A DNA stretch of 18,132 nucleotides from a bacterium (GTDB taxonomy: Bacteria; JAMCPX01): contig JBBIVV010000040.1 of NCBI GenBank assembly GCA_037439545.1, forward strand, positions 1-18,132. The letters are read 5' to 3'. The translations under genes were made by a program, and so were the position numbers. Positions 18,094 to 18,132 of the stretch are shown here, piece by piece. How positions within the stretch are numbered: position 1 is the stretch's first letter; each line of letters starts with the position of its first letter. Under the pieces are notes generated by a model. The model saw only the letters and a program-made list of their open reading frames with translations. It made no database searches and was not told the DNA's origin.

Positions 18094-18132
18094 AATTTGA
18101 AACTATAATCAGAAGATTTTTATTAAATCAAG

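Overview
Bacterial chromosomal window (housekeeping gene order and sequence style suggest a Gram-negative, Deltaproteobacteria-like organism; this is inference). From the right end, the minus strand carries prfB (with its +1 programmed frameshift), lysS, a LolC/E-family permease, tRNA-Ser(TGA), a compact 11-gene complex I-like operon nuoA-B-C-D-H-I-J-K-L-M-N with no nuoEFG, and an exported MsrA-MsrB fusion. At the left end are a plus-strand extended SDR (NAD-dependent epimerase/dehydratase) and a divergent REC-GGDEF diguanylate cyclase. Most notable observations: (1) NuoL has a tandem duplication with a 26-residue period in its transverse amphipathic helix, the signature of '2M' complex I, although the operon has only one nuoM; (2) a ~120-nt intergenic element has two hairpin copies that differ only by compensatory base changes and has inverted ends; (3) a REP/RPE-like palindrome doublet sits inside the nuo operon; (4) a Fur/PerR-type 7-1-7 box overlaps a probably leaderless msrAB promoter; (5) the prfB frameshift cassette is a variant whose internal SD lies in a hairpin. 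No integrase, transposase, CRISPR array or rRNA is visible.
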